From the NCBI GenBank assembly GCA_963741215.1, contig CAVUHQ010000039.1, positions 2,104 to 66,103 on the forward strand: DNA of 64,000 nucleotides. The letters are read 5' to 3'. Source of the DNA: an uncultured beta proteobacterium. Lineage in GTDB: Bacteria > Pseudomonadota > Gammaproteobacteria > Burkholderiales > SHXO01. This document shows, piece by piece, positions 49,963 to 60,359 of the stretch. Each line of letters opens with the position of its first letter. Position 1 is the first letter of the stretch. The notes below the pieces were generated by a model. It was not told the origin of the DNA. It did no database searches and saw nothing but the letters and a program-made list of their open reading frames with translations. Position numbers and translations under genes: made by a program.

Positions 49963-52724
49963 CAGAAGGCGAAGATGATCAGGGGCAGCAGCAGCCAGTG
50001 TGGAAAGCGCGCTGGGATCTGTACGCTGCGTGGTGACGAATACGAGCCTGGGTTTCCTTCCGCATCGATGCTGCGTATTCTGACGAAATAATTGCCGGGC
50101 CCCGGGCGGGCCGTTTGCAGCACCGTCGCGTTGGTGCGCTGGTCGATTGCCACGCTGCGGAATTGCGCGTCGTTGGCGAGTTGCACCTGATATTGCGCAC
50201 TGTGCGGCTCTTCACGCCAGCGGATGATCACCTGACTGCCCGCTGCATCGACAGCGGTCAGCACCGGTGGTTTGGGCAACACCCGAAACGATTGTGGCGG
50301 GCCGAACTCACCTTCGCCATCGGCTTCGGTGCTTGCCGAGACACGCCAGTAGTAGACGCCGGATGGCAGCACGCTGGGCACAACGAACGCCGCCCCTTCG
50401 ACCTGGCGTTGATCCAGCAGGGTTGCATTGAATTGCTGGTCGTTGCTGATCTGGATGTGGTAGCGCGCCCCGCTTTCCTGCCCTGACCAGTGCAATTGCG
50501 GCTGCTCGGGAACGCTTGCGCCGGAGATCGGGTCGAGCAGTTGCGGTGGGGCCGGGCGTGCGCGCACTTCCACCGGCTGCACCACACCGTACGGGCCAGC
50601 AACCCCATCGGCATCGACCGCGCGCACGCGCATGAAATAGCGCCCCCCTGGCGGCCGCGAGATACGCAACTGGGGCTCGCCCACGTGCGCCCGTGTCAAG
50701 ACGTCGTTGAACGCCGCATCTGCCGCCAGCTCGACCTCATACTGCGAAGCTGATTCTTGGGTCTGCCAGCGCAGCAACAGGGTGAACGCGTCGGCTGCCG
50801 GCGGCTCATATGCGGGCGCCGGGGGGACCTGGCGCAACGACTGTGGCGGGCCGAATTCGCCTTGGCCATCTACGTCGTTGCTGGCGGCCACACGCCAAAA
50901 GTACACGCCCGGCTCGAGCGAGCGCGCCAACGCGAAATTCGGCTGCGTGAGGGTGGCAACGTCGAGCAGCGGCGTTTCGAACGTTCGACTGCGCGCAAGC
51001 TGGAAGCGATAGCGCTCCACGCCACCGATCGGCTGCCACCGAAACTGCGGTGGCTCTCCCGCAATGACAGCGTTTTCGAGCGGGTGCAGCGCTTGCGGCG
51101 GCAGCGGCGGAGCGTGCAGGTCGATCGCTTGCGGCGCCTGATACGGCCCTTCATACCCGTCCGGCTCCGCGGCGCGCACGCGCAGGTAATAACGGCCTGG
51201 CGCCGGACGTGCAAGCTGCACGGTGGGCTGTTCCACTAGTGTGTCGCTCACCATATCCTGAAACTCCGCGTCGCGGGCAAGCTCCACGCGATAACGCCGC
51301 TCTGGACCATCGCTCTGCCAGCGCAGGCGAATGTGAGTCGGGCTGAGGGAAACCGGCGGCACTGCAGGCGCAGGCGGAGCGATGCGGAATGCATGGGCGG
51401 GACCAAACGGCCCCGCTCCTTGCTCCGCATGAGCCGCGGCGACACGCCAGAAATAGACCCCCGAGGCGAGCGGCTGCTGCAGAGCGATCGAGGGTTCGCG
51501 CAGCTCCGGCAGATCCGCGCTCAGTTCGGAGAACGCAGCATCCGTGGAGATCTGAAAATGGTAGCTGAGGGCGCTATCGGATGCGGCCCAGCGAAACATG
51601 GGGGCCCCGGTGCCGACGATCTCTCCATCTGCAGGCTGGACAGCCGCGGGCGGATCGGGACGGGCAGCCACCTCGACCAGGCGTTCGGCGTGGCGACCCT
51701 CTAAGCCCAAGGCGTCGACAGCGCGAGCGCGCATCACGTAGCGCGCGTTGGGGAGCACCGGCAACGTGACCTTCGGTGCACTGTTCAGCGCCTCGAATAC
51801 GATGCGGTCGAACTCCACGCTCGTCGCAACTTGCACCCGGTAGGCGACGGCACCAGGCACCGGCGCGAATTCCAGCTCGAGCGGCAGTCGGGATACCGTG
51901 CCCGGCAATCCGGCGAGATCGGGGGACGGCAGCAGCGCTACCGGATCGGCCGGCGGCTCGCCTGCGCGAACCGATGTGCCGTAACCGGCGTTGAGCGTGA
52001 TTTCCTTGCCCGCATTGGCGACGTAGACCGCTCCGACCAACACTTCGGTATGCGACACCGCTTCTTGCACTGGAACGCTCACGCGCAATTGCGTACCGCG
52101 CACCGACGTGACGCCGGCCGGCGTGTTGATGTGAAAGCGGGACCGCGCGTTGCCGCCAACCGGAACCTGGCTTTCAATGCGCCCTTGCTGCAGATCGAGC
52201 CATGCGGCGCTGGTACCGTTCGAATAGTCCAGCAGCTTGTCGAGCCGCAAGATCGAATCTGATAGCAGCGTGAGGTGAGTGCCGTCCGCAAATGTCAACA
52301 CGGCGTTGGCGTGCGGTTCGGTCTTTACCATGTCGCCGGCATGCAAGACCAGGTCGAGTGTTGCCGGGCGCTCGCCGCCTTGCTGACCTGTCGACGATAC
52401 GAGCACGGTGCCGACCACCGCGGCGAAGCGCGCGTTGCCCGGGCTCCATCTCGTCCACGCCCACGGCATGCGGAGTTGCGTGCCAGGCGGTATGCGGCGC
52501 GGGTCAGCGATGCGGTTGAGCCGCTGGAGCTCCGGCAGGTGCGCATGATCGTTCAGATAGCGTTCCGTAAGCACCCACAGATTGTCCCCGGGCTGCACTG
52601 TATATAGCCACTCATCGGCGCAATGCACGGGCGACGATTGCGCCAGCAACCACGCCACGAGGCGACAAAGAAAAGCGACCGGAAGGAGGATAGGTATCCG
52701 TGGCAAGCGCGTGCGCGCACGCAA
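49962..52724 (-). CDS. LysM - FecR - 7x Ig/FN3-like repeat protein with C-terminal TM anchor
   Basis: 920 aa, intact. YTVQPGDNLWVLTERYL...RIPPGTQLRMP (LysM); a FecR-like ...GDMVKTEPHANAVLTFADGTHLTLLSDSILRL; seven ~90-aa modules; the tail FPHWLLLPLIIFAF. Its stop overlaps the downstream CHASE2 gene start (TGATG). Confidence 0.85.
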   Translation of the reverse strand: MRARTRLPRIPILLPVAFLCRLVAWLLAQSSPVHCADEWLYTVQPGDNLWVLTERYLNDHAHLPELQRLNRIADPRRIPPGTQLRMPWAWTRWSPGNARFAAVVGTVLVSSTGQQGGERPATLDLVLHAGDMVKTEPHANAVLTFADGTHLTLLSDSILRLDKLLDYSNGTSAAWLDLQQGRIESQVPVGGNARSRFHINTPAGVTSVRGTQLRVSVPVQEAVSHTEVLVGAVYVANAGKEITLNAGYGTSVRAGEPPADPVALLPSPDLAGLPGTVSRLPLELEFAPVPGAVAYRVQVATSVEFDRIVFEALNSAPKVTLPVLPNARYVMRARAVDALGLEGRHAERLVEVAARPDPPAAVQPADGEIVGTGAPMFRWAASDSALSYHFQISTDAAFSELSADLPELREPSIALQQPLASGVYFWRVAAAHAEQGAGPFGPAHAFRIAPPAPAVPPVSLSPTHIRLRWQSDGPERRYRVELARDAEFQDMVSDTLVEQPTVQLARPAPGRYYLRVRAAEPDGYEGPYQAPQAIDLHAPPLPPQALHPLENAVIAGEPPQFRWQPIGGVERYRFQLARSRTFETPLLDVATLTQPNFALARSLEPGVYFWRVAASNDVDGQGEFGPPQSLRQVPPAPAYEPPAADAFTLLLRWQTQESASQYEVELAADAAFNDVLTRAHVGEPQLRISRPPGGRYFMRVRAVDADGVAGPYGVVQPVEVRARPAPPQLLDPISGASVPEQPQLHWSGQESGARYHIQISNDQQFNATLLDQRQVEGAAFVVPSVLPSGVYYWRVSASTEADGEGEFGPPQSFRVLPKPPVLTAVDAAGSQVIIRWREEPHSAQYQVQLANDAQFRSVAIDQRTNATVLQTARPGPGNYFVRIRSIDAEGNPGSYSSPRSVQIPARFPHWLLLPLIIFAF

Positions 52725-53260
52725 TGAGCCGATTCACGGCGGCATGTAGCAACTGCCGGTTGGGTGATCTTACACAGCCCAGCTGCTCGCGGGCTTGCGG
52801 CCGCTCGCGCCGATGAATGTGGTATGTGCCGCACAATTCCCCGCTGCACGTGGGCAATTGCGTTCACCATCTCTTTCGCCCACCGAACGTCCTGCAAGCC
52901 CAAGAGGGAATGCCGCAGCGTCTCCCAGCGAGGACATGAGTTCGGGAACCGCGATGGCAGCGCAGACGCTCACGCTGCGAGCCAAATCTCACATTTTGGT
53001 AGATTTTGCTGTCCCGGCGTTCGTTTGCGTACGGCAACGCCTAGTCCTACGCCGAGCATACCCATGTGATCGGTGTCCGGCAATCGTTGCGTCAAGGGGG
53101 TCGGCGTTGGCCGTACAGTGCGAAGCGGACTTCGCGCGTGTCTGCTGCATGATCGAGCCGACCGATCACTACGACGAAAACATTCGGTTGGACCCAACAA
53201 AAACCGGCGCGTAACCTTGAGCGCGCTGCGACGATTCCGCCAACTGACAAGGAGACCTGC

Positions 53261-54727
53261 ATGAAGCCCCCAAGTCCGACCACGTTGACCACAACTGCCG
53301 GCGCACCGATCGCCGACAACCAGAACTCCGAGACCGCGGGTCCGCGCGGCCCGGTGCTGCTGCAGGACTACCAGCTGATCGAGAAGCTCGCGCACCAGAA
53401 CCGCGAGCGGATTCCCGAGCGCGTGGTGCACGCGAAAGGCTGGGGCGCCTACGGTACGCTCACCGTCACCAAGGACATCACGCGCTACACGCGCGCCAGG
53501 CTCTTCTCGGAGATCGGCAAGAAGACCGACCTCATCGCGCGCTTCTCGACCGTGGCGGGCGAGATGGGCGCGGCAGATGCCGAGCGCGATGTGCGCGGCT
53601 TCGCAGTCAAGTTCTACACCGAGGAAGGCAACTGGGACCTGGTCGGCAACAACACGCCGGTGTTCTTCGTGCGCGACCCGCTCAAATTCCCGGATTTCAT
53701 CCACACCCAGAAGCGGCACCCGAAGACGAACCTGCGGCTGCCCACTGCGATGTGGGATTTCTGGTCGCTGTCTCCGGAGAGCCTGCACCAGGTCACGATC
53801 CTGTTCTCCGATCGCGGCGTGCCCGTCAGCCCGCGTTTCATGGACGGCTTCGGCAGTCACACCTTCAGCTTCTGGAACGCGAACGGGGAGCGCTTCTGGG
53901 TAAAGTTCCACTTCAAGACTGCGCAGGGTCACAAGCACCTCACCAACCGGGAGTCCGAGGCGGCCATCGGGAAGTCGCGCGAAACCTATCAGGAAGATCT
54001 GTTCGGCGCGATCGAGCGGCGCGAATTCCCGCGCTGGACGCTCAAGGTGCAAGTCATGCCAGAGCGCGACGCGGAGAAGACGGCCTACAACCCGTTCGAC
54101 TTGACCAAGATCTGGCCGCACAAGGACTACCCGCTGATCGAGGTCGGCGTGATGGAGCTCAACCGCAACCCGGACAACTATTTCGCGGAGATCGAGCAGC
54201 TCGCGTTGTCACCGTCGAATGTGGTGCCGGGCATCGGTTTCTCGCCCGACAAGATGCTGCAGGCACGGATCTTCTCCTACGCCGACGCGCACCGCTACCG
54301 GCTCGGCACCCACTACGAAGCGCTGCCCGTGAACCGCCCGCGCTGCCCTGTGCACAACTACCACAAGGACGGTGCCATGCGGTTCTTCGGCAGCGAGACG
54401 GGCAATCCGGACGCTTACTACGAGCCGAACTCGATGGGCGGGGCGGCTCAAGACCCGTCGTTTGCGGAACCACCGCTGAAGATCAGCGGCGACGCGGCTC
54501 GCTATGACCACCGCGATGGCAACGATGACTACACGCAGGCCGGCAACTTGTTCCGGCTGTTCAACGCGGAGCAGAAAGAGCGGCTGTTCAGGAACATCGC
54601 GGAGGCGATGACCGGCGTGCCGGAGGCTATCGTGCAGCGGCAGCTGAAGCACTTTCTTGCGGCCGATCCCGCGTACGGGGCTGGCGTTGCGAAGGCGCTC
54701 GGCGTGAGCGTGAAGGAGAAGGTGTGA
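53261..54727 (+). CDS. katA: monofunctional heme catalase (small-subunit type)
   Basis: ...[39 protein letters not shown]...RFSTVAGE...[12 protein letters not shown]...[20 protein letters not shown] lies upstream. 488 aa. Confidence 0.9.
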   Translation: MKPPSPTTLTTTAGAPIADNQNSETAGPRGPVLLQDYQLIEKLAHQNRERIPERVVHAKGWGAYGTLTVTKDITRYTRARLFSEIGKKTDLIARFSTVAGEMGAADAERDVRGFAVKFYTEEGNWDLVGNNTPVFFVRDPLKFPDFIHTQKRHPKTNLRLPTAMWDFWSLSPESLHQVTILFSDRGVPVSPRFMDGFGSHTFSFWNANGERFWVKFHFKTAQGHKHLTNRESEAAIGKSRETYQEDLFGAIERREFPRWTLKVQVMPERDAEKTAYNPFDLTKIWPHKDYPLIEVGVMELNRNPDNYFAEIEQLALSPSNVVPGIGFSPDKMLQARIFSYADAHRYRLGTHYEALPVNRPRCPVHNYHKDGAMRFFGSETGNPDAYYEPNSMGGAAQDPSFAEPPLKISGDAARYDHRDGNDDYTQAGNLFRLFNAEQKERLFRNIAEAMTGVPEAIVQRQLKHFLAADPAYGAGVAKALGVSVKEKV

Positions 54728-54753
54728 AACGACGTCTGAGCTCGCCACCGCTG

Positions 54754-54875
54754 TAAATCCCCCCTGCCCCCCTTTGACAAAGGGGGGGTTCTGGTCCCCC
54801 CTCCACCTTTTGGAAATTCAGGAGGTTCTACCATGCGAACCTCCCCCTTTGGAAAAGGGGGATCGAGGGGGATTT
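54754..54875. repeat. composite copy of the AAATCCCCC...CCCCCTTTGNCAAAGGGGG intergenic repeat: forward unit, partial unit, inverted unit
   Basis: 54754..54788 is forward, 54795..54818 is partial and 54842..54875 is inverted (...CCCCCTTTGGAAAAGGGGGATCGAGGGGGATTT). It begins 27 nt after the catalase stop. Confidence 0.8.
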
Positions 54876-54974
54876 GGCGTCCGCGCATGAGGAGTTCCTC
54901 TCCAGCGAGCACTGCGGGCAGAAGCTGAGATTCGCGCGTAACCAAGTTATCCTTGGCATTTTCGCCCTGACCCC

Positions 54975-55955
54975 ATGAAAGCCATCATCGTCGAACAGCC
55001 CGGTCCACCGGACGTGTTGCAGGTGCGCGACATCCCGCGTCCTGCGGCACGGCCGGGGTGGGTGCTGGTACGCGTCAAGGCGTTCGGGCTCAACCGCTCG
55101 GAGATGTACACACGACAGGGCCACTCGGGGCCCGCGGTCAAGTTTCCGCGCGTGCTGGGGATCGAGTGTGTCGGCACGGTGGAGGATCCGGTCGACTCCG
55201 GACTCGCGCTCGGCCAGACGGTTGCAGCCGTCATGGGTGGCATGGGCCGCGACTTCGACGGCGGCTATGCCGAGTACGCGCTACTGCCGGCGAAGCAGGT
55301 GATGCCGGTGGATACCAAGCTCCCGTGGGATCAGCTCGCCGCGCTCCCCGAGACCTACCTGACCGCCTGGGGTTGCCTGGTTGAAGCGCTGAACGTCCAG
55401 TGCGGCCAGGTGCTGCTGGTCCGCGGGGGCACGTCTTCAGTTGGCATGGCGGCTATCTGCCTCGGCCGCGACATGGGGCTGATCGTCGCAGGCACCACTC
55501 GCAGTCTGGCCAAGGCAGATGCCTTGCGCAAGGCAGGAGCCGAACACGTCGTCATCGACTCGGGCCAGATCGCGCCCGAGGTGCGGCGCCTGTTTCCGGA
55601 AGGCGTACACGCGGTGCTGGAGTTGATCGGCACGGCCACGCTGCTCGACTCGCTCAAATGCCCTCGCACGCGCGGCATTGTCTGTTATGCGGGCCTGCTC
55701 GGCAATGCTTGGACGCTGGAGAAGTTCGAACCCATGCCGGCGATCCCGTCGACCGTGCGACTCACCACGTATACCACGCACATCGTCACCGCGGCGAACT
55801 CGACCGCACCGCTGCAGCGGATCGTGCGCGCAGTGGAGGAAGGGCGGCTGCCGCTCAACCTCGATCGCGTGTTCCGCTTCGATCAGGTCGTCGAAGCGCA
55901 TCGGTACATGGAGGAGAACCGCGCCACCGGGAAGCTGGTGGTTGTGGTCGACTAG
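54975..55955 (+). CDS. zinc-type alcohol dehydrogenase-like / quinone oxidoreductase (MDR family)
   Basis: MKAIIVEQPGPPDVLQVRDIPRP...VKAFGLNRSE...VLLVRGGTSSVGMAA...GKLVVVVD. Confidence 0.8.
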   Translation: MKAIIVEQPGPPDVLQVRDIPRPAARPGWVLVRVKAFGLNRSEMYTRQGHSGPAVKFPRVLGIECVGTVEDPVDSGLALGQTVAAVMGGMGRDFDGGYAEYALLPAKQVMPVDTKLPWDQLAALPETYLTAWGCLVEALNVQCGQVLLVRGGTSSVGMAAICLGRDMGLIVAGTTRSLAKADALRKAGAEHVVIDSGQIAPEVRRLFPEGVHAVLELIGTATLLDSLKCPRTRGIVCYAGLLGNAWTLEKFEPMPAIPSTVRLTTYTTHIVTAANSTAPLQRIVRAVEEGRLPLNLDRVFRFDQVVEAHRYMEENRATGKLVVVVD

Positions 55956-56139
55956 TCACTTGACCGCCTGCGGGCGGACCTGCAAGGGCCCCTCTTCGCC
56001 GGCCCTTCTCCCCAAGGCGAAGGAAGGTACCGCCCCGGCCCTGCCCCGCGCGAGACTTAGGCCTTGCGGCGGGGTAACATGGCCGTGGATCGTCCCGATC
56101 CGAAGCTGCAGGAACATCACCAACCAATGGAGGAGTGTC

Positions 56140-56370
56140 ATGGCGAAGGCCAAGAAGAGCTCGCAGGAGCCGGTCTACAAAGTCGTCGAAGTGATTGGTA
56201 CCAGCCCGAAGTCATGGGAGGAGGCCGCGTCGAACGCGGTGGCAAGGGCGGCTGAAACCCTGCGCGATCTGCGCATCGCGGAAGTGGTGAAGCAGGACAT
56301 GAAGGTCGAGGAAGGCAAGGTGGTCGCCTACCGCACGCGCGTGCTGCTATCGTTCAAGTACGAGAGCTAG
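56140..56370 (+). CDS. dodecin-family protein
   Basis: PVYKVVEVIGTSPKSWEEAASNAVARAAETLRDLRIAEVVKQDMKVEEGKVVAYRTRVLLSFKYE. GGAGGAG lies before the ATG at 56140. Confidence 0.8.
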   Translation: MAKAKKSSQEPVYKVVEVIGTSPKSWEEAASNAVARAAETLRDLRIAEVVKQDMKVEEGKVVAYRTRVLLSFKYES

Positions 56371-56475
56371 CCAGACCAATTTCCTTGGATGGTGTTCGGC
56401 AGCATCCTGTGCTGCCGCGCATGTGCGCGCCTGCGCGGCGCGGCCCCACGCGCACGAGCTGGCGAGGAGGGGAGC

Positions 56476-57733
56476 TTGAACCAACCTGATCGCCGCGCCT
56501 TTCTGCGCGCGGCGACGGCCGCAGCAATCGCAGCAGCCTGGCCGGGCGGCATGCCGCGAGCGGGGGCAGACGAGAAGTTCGATCTCGTCATTCGCGGCGG
56601 AGAGGTGATCGATCCGAGCCAGCGGCTGCGCGCACGCCGAGACGTTGGAATTCGCTGGGGGCGCGTCGCTGCGGTCGAAGCCGACATCTCGCCCGAGCGT
56701 GCGCTGCAGACCATCGACGCCGGTGGCAAGCTGGTGCTGCCCGGGTTGATAGACATGCATGCGCACGTCTATCCGCAGGCTTCGGCGATCGGGCTGCCGG
56801 CCGACGAGCTGGTGCCGTATACCGCGACCACCACCTATGTCTCGGCCGGCGACGCGGGGGCGAACAACTTCTCGGCGTTCAAGCACTATGTCATCGCGCA
56901 GGCGCGCTCGCGCATCTTCGCCTTCGTGCATATCTCCAGCATCGGATTGGCGGGATTTCCGGTAGGCGAAGAGCTCAACCTGGACTACCTGGATGTGGAC
57001 GCGGCCGCCAGGACGGTAGCCGAGAATGCGGACGTGGCGATCGGCGTCAAAGTGCGCATGACCAAGAGCATCGTCGGCGCCAACGGACTCGAGCCGCTCA
57101 AGCGCGCCATCGCAGCGGCCGAGCGCGCCGGCGGCGGCGCCCGCGTGATGTGCCACATCGGCGATGCGCCCGGCGATCTGACCCAGCTGCTCGATCTCCT
57201 GCGCAGCGGAGATATCCTCACCCACACCTACAGCGGCGCGGGCAACAACATCGTGCAGGACGGTAAGGTCCTGCCGGCTGCACTGGAAGCCAAGAAACGC
57301 GGCGTGTTGATCGACGTGGGGCACGGCGGCGGCAGCTTCGACTACACGGTGGCCGAGCCCGCTATCGCGCAAGGGCTGATACCGGACACCATCGGCAGCG
57401 ATATCCACGCGGTGAGCGGCAACACGCCCGGCATGCCCTATCTGCCCTGGGTGATGAGCAAGTTCGTGAACCTGGGGTTCAGCCTGGAAGACGTGACGGC
57501 GATGGCCACGATCAATCCGGCACGCGCAATCGGCCGGGTAGAGAAGCTGGGCACGCTGCAGATCGGCGCGCCGGCGGATGTGTCGATCCTGGAACTGATA
57601 GAGGCACCGGTGAGCTTCGTGGATACGCGCAAGAACTACGCGCCAGGGCACCCGTTGGCTCAAGCCGGTGCAGACCGTGCGGGCCGGGCGGCCGTTCGGC
57701 CGGCCCTATCCGCAGCCGTTCGGGTATCCGTGA
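56476..57733 (+). pseudogene. Tat-exported amidohydrolase/deacetylase-family metallohydrolase; one +1 break near 57640
   Basis: The TTG at 56476 follows GGAGGGGAG. NQPDRRAFLRAATAAAIAAAW (Tat), LVLPGLIDMHAHVYP. After ...FVDTRKNYAPG the family-like ending TRWLKPVQTVRAGRPFGRPYPQPFGYP-stop (57731..57733) is one base out of frame. The ORF track runs 56389..57786. Confidence 0.75.
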
Positions 57734-57792
57734 ACGGGGCGGGCGATTCGAGATCCGCCACCCCGTTGTTGCCAAAAGGCGGCTGAGGGCGG

Positions 57793-59035
57793 ATGAGCGG
57801 TCTCGCGAGCGACGCAGTTCTGCGTGAGGAGCGCCAGCGGGCACGGCATTCCAGCTCCTGCGCGTCCCGCCGGACTTCATCGACGATCCCTACCCGTACT
57901 ACGCGCTGCTGCGCCGCCACGATCCGGTGCACGAGCTGGAAGGAGGCGGGATTTTCCTGACGCGCTACGAGGACGTGGTCGGCATCTACCGCGACACCCG
58001 CGCGAGCTCCGACAAGAAAGCCGAGTTCGGGCCGAAATTCGGCGACAGCCCGCTCTACGAGCATCACACCACCAGCCTGGTGTTCAACGATCCGCCGCTG
58101 CACACGCGCGTGCGCAGGCTCATCATGGGCGCGCTCAACCAGCGGGCGATCGCTCGCATGGAAACCCAGGTCGAGACGCTGGTCGACCGCTTGCTGGATG
58201 ACCTCGCGCAGAGAGCCGAGCCCGACCTGATCGAAGACTTCGCCGCGCGCATCCCGATCGAGGTCATCGGGAATCTGCTGGAAGTCCCGCGCCACGAGCG
58301 CGGTCCGTTGCGCGGCTGGTCGCTGGCCATCCTGTCCGCGCTCGAGCCGGCGCCTGGGCCGGAAACGCTCGAGCGCGGCAATCGCGCGGTGCGCGAGTTT
58401 CTGGACTATCTGCGCGTGCTGGTAACTGAGCGCCGCCGACGGCCGGGCGATGGCGACAGCGATGTGCTGACGCGGCTGATCCAGGGCGAAATCGACGGCG
58501 AGCGGCTGACCGAGAGCGAGCTGCTGCACAACTGCATTTTTCTGTTGAACGCCGGGCACGAGACCACGACCAATCTGGTCGGCAACGGCCTGCACGCCCT
58601 GCTCGACCCATCGCAGCGAGCTGGAGCGGCTGCAGGCAGAGCCGGCGCTCATCGCGGCCGCGGTCGAAGAGCTGCTGCGCTTCGAAAGTCCGCTCCAGCT
58701 CAACAATCGGATCACTACCGCACCGATCGAGCTTGGCGGTCGTGTTGTTTCCGCCGGGCCAGTTCATCACGCTCGGAGTGGGTGCGGCCAACCGCGACCC
58801 GGCCCAGTTCCCCGAACCCGATCGTCTGGATGTGGCTCGCAAGCCCAACCGCCATGTCGCGTTCGGACATGCCGATCACGCCTGCGCGGGAATGAACGTC
58901 GCGCGCCTCGAGGCGCGCATCGCAATCGGCCGGCTGCTGCGTGCGCTTCCCGAAGCTGGAGCTGGCCGGCCGCCGGAGCGTGATCGGCGGATACGGTTTC
59001 GCGGGTTCCGGCACCTGCCGGTGCGGTTGAGCTGA
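57793..59035 (+). pseudogene. cytochrome P450; at least 3 frame breaks
   Basis: ...FIDDPYPYYALLRRHDPVH...FNDPPLHTRVRRL...LLNAGHETTTNL (I-helix), then in other frames ...AVEELLRFESP (ExxR) and FGHADHACAGMNVARLE (heme Cys loop). Pieces 57927..58895 and 58733..59035. Confidence 0.8.
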
Positions 59036-59037
59036 AG

Positions 59038-60251
59038 ATGAGCGCACGCAATCTTGGCGCGCGAATCCTGCTGGCGCTGGCTGCGTTCGCGCTAACCCAC
59101 GCCGTGCTGGCCCAGAACGCGCCAAAGAAGTACCAGGACCTATACCGGGAGCTGGACGCACAGCTCAGCGCTTTCGAACGCCGCCTGCCGCCGGTTTCCA
59201 GCGGCAAGAGGCCGATCCGCGCCGCCACGCTGCTGAGCGCCAGCTGTCAGCGCGGCGAGATCATCCTGGACGACGCGCAGCGCGAGGCCACGCTGCGCGA
59301 ACTGGACGCGCTCGAAGAGCCTCGATGCCGACGGCAGTAGTGCTGCAAGTCTGCTACCCGTTGCTCACGCCGGCGTTCCGCGATCCGCAGCCGTTTCTGG
59401 ACTACTACACCAATCTGGCCAACGAGGTGCGCGCGCGCGGAATGAAGCTGCTGGTGGAGCACAATTCACGTGCTGTCCGCATACGCGTCGGTGGACGCGC
59501 GGCCGTACTACCGCAAGTTGACCAAGCAGCGCTTCGACCGCGAACGCTACGAGGAGCTGAAGGTCGATTCTCCTTTCGCTGCAGCCGGACTATCTGACGT
59601 TGGTGTCCGAGCCGCATACCGACTCCGGCGGACTGAAGCTGACAGTGAAGGACTGGCGTACCTACGTCCAGCGCAGTGTGGATACGCTCTCGCAGCAGCT
59701 CGGCTCGTTTCCCACGCTGCTTGGCGCGGGTCCGGACTGTGGGACGACTTCGAGCTACATCGAGGCCTTTGCCGGGAGTCAAAGGCTTGAGCTACGTCGA
59801 CCTGCATCTCTACCCGCTCGTCACTGGCGGGCAGAGCAATCTCGACCGCCTGCTGGACGTGGCCCGACCGCATCCGCGCCATCGACCCGGACAAGCGCAT
59901 CGTGATGAGCGAGATGTGGCTGTACAAAGCCAGGCGCGGCGAGACGTTCAACGCGACGATCGGCGGTGCGATGTTGAATCCGGCCGTATTCGCGCGAGAC
60001 GTTTACAGCTTCTGGACGCCGCTGGATCAGAAGTTCCTGCGCGTGGTCGGCATGGCGGCGCGCGAGAAGGGTATCGAGGTGGTCGCGCCGTTCTGGTCGC
60101 AGCTACTTCTTCGCCTACCTCGACTACAACGATCCGCTGACCTTCAGGCTGCAAACCGAAGGATCTGATGAACCTCGCCAGTCAGCGCGCCTACGAGGCG
60201 ATTCTGCGCGGTGAGATGACCGATACGGGCCTCGCGTTCCGCGGCATGTGA
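59038..60251 (+). pseudogene. secreted TIM-barrel, clan GH-A-like hydrolase (hypothetical); 8 successive +1 frame changes
   Basis: Signal MSARNLGARILLALAAFALTHAVLA. Stitched pieces: ...VVLQVCYPLLTPAF..., LTLVSEPHTD (NEP-like acid/base), VDLHLYPL, IVMSEMWLYKA (nucleophile-like E), ...YFFAYLDYNDP..., ...AYEAILRGEMTDTGLAFRGM-stop. The start is 3 nt after the P450 stop. Confidence 0.5.
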
Positions 60252-60359
60252 GCGCAGTTGTTGAAACACTGTACCACCCTTGAGCGCTCCTGCGACACGT
60301 GATACGGTTGGATTTTCCTATCCGTCAACCCGGTTGCTATCGAAGTTCCGAGGGCACGC

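Noticed and set aside
52553-52985. Minus-strand ORF pieces upstream of the LysM gene with a protein-like stretch (LQDVRWAKEMVNAIAHVQRGIV...) in the 536-bp region divergent from the catalase gene, considered as a decayed small regulator.
   Set aside because: The pieces fall in three frames, I recognised no family, and I could not reconstruct a start or end. It may be real but is not supportable from the sequence alone.
55981-56075. GC-rich spacer with the CCTTC...GAAGG mini-palindrome between the MDR and dodecin genes, considered as another copy of the 3366-type repeat.
   Set aside because: It has only loose compositional resemblance to the 3366 element and no alignable core.
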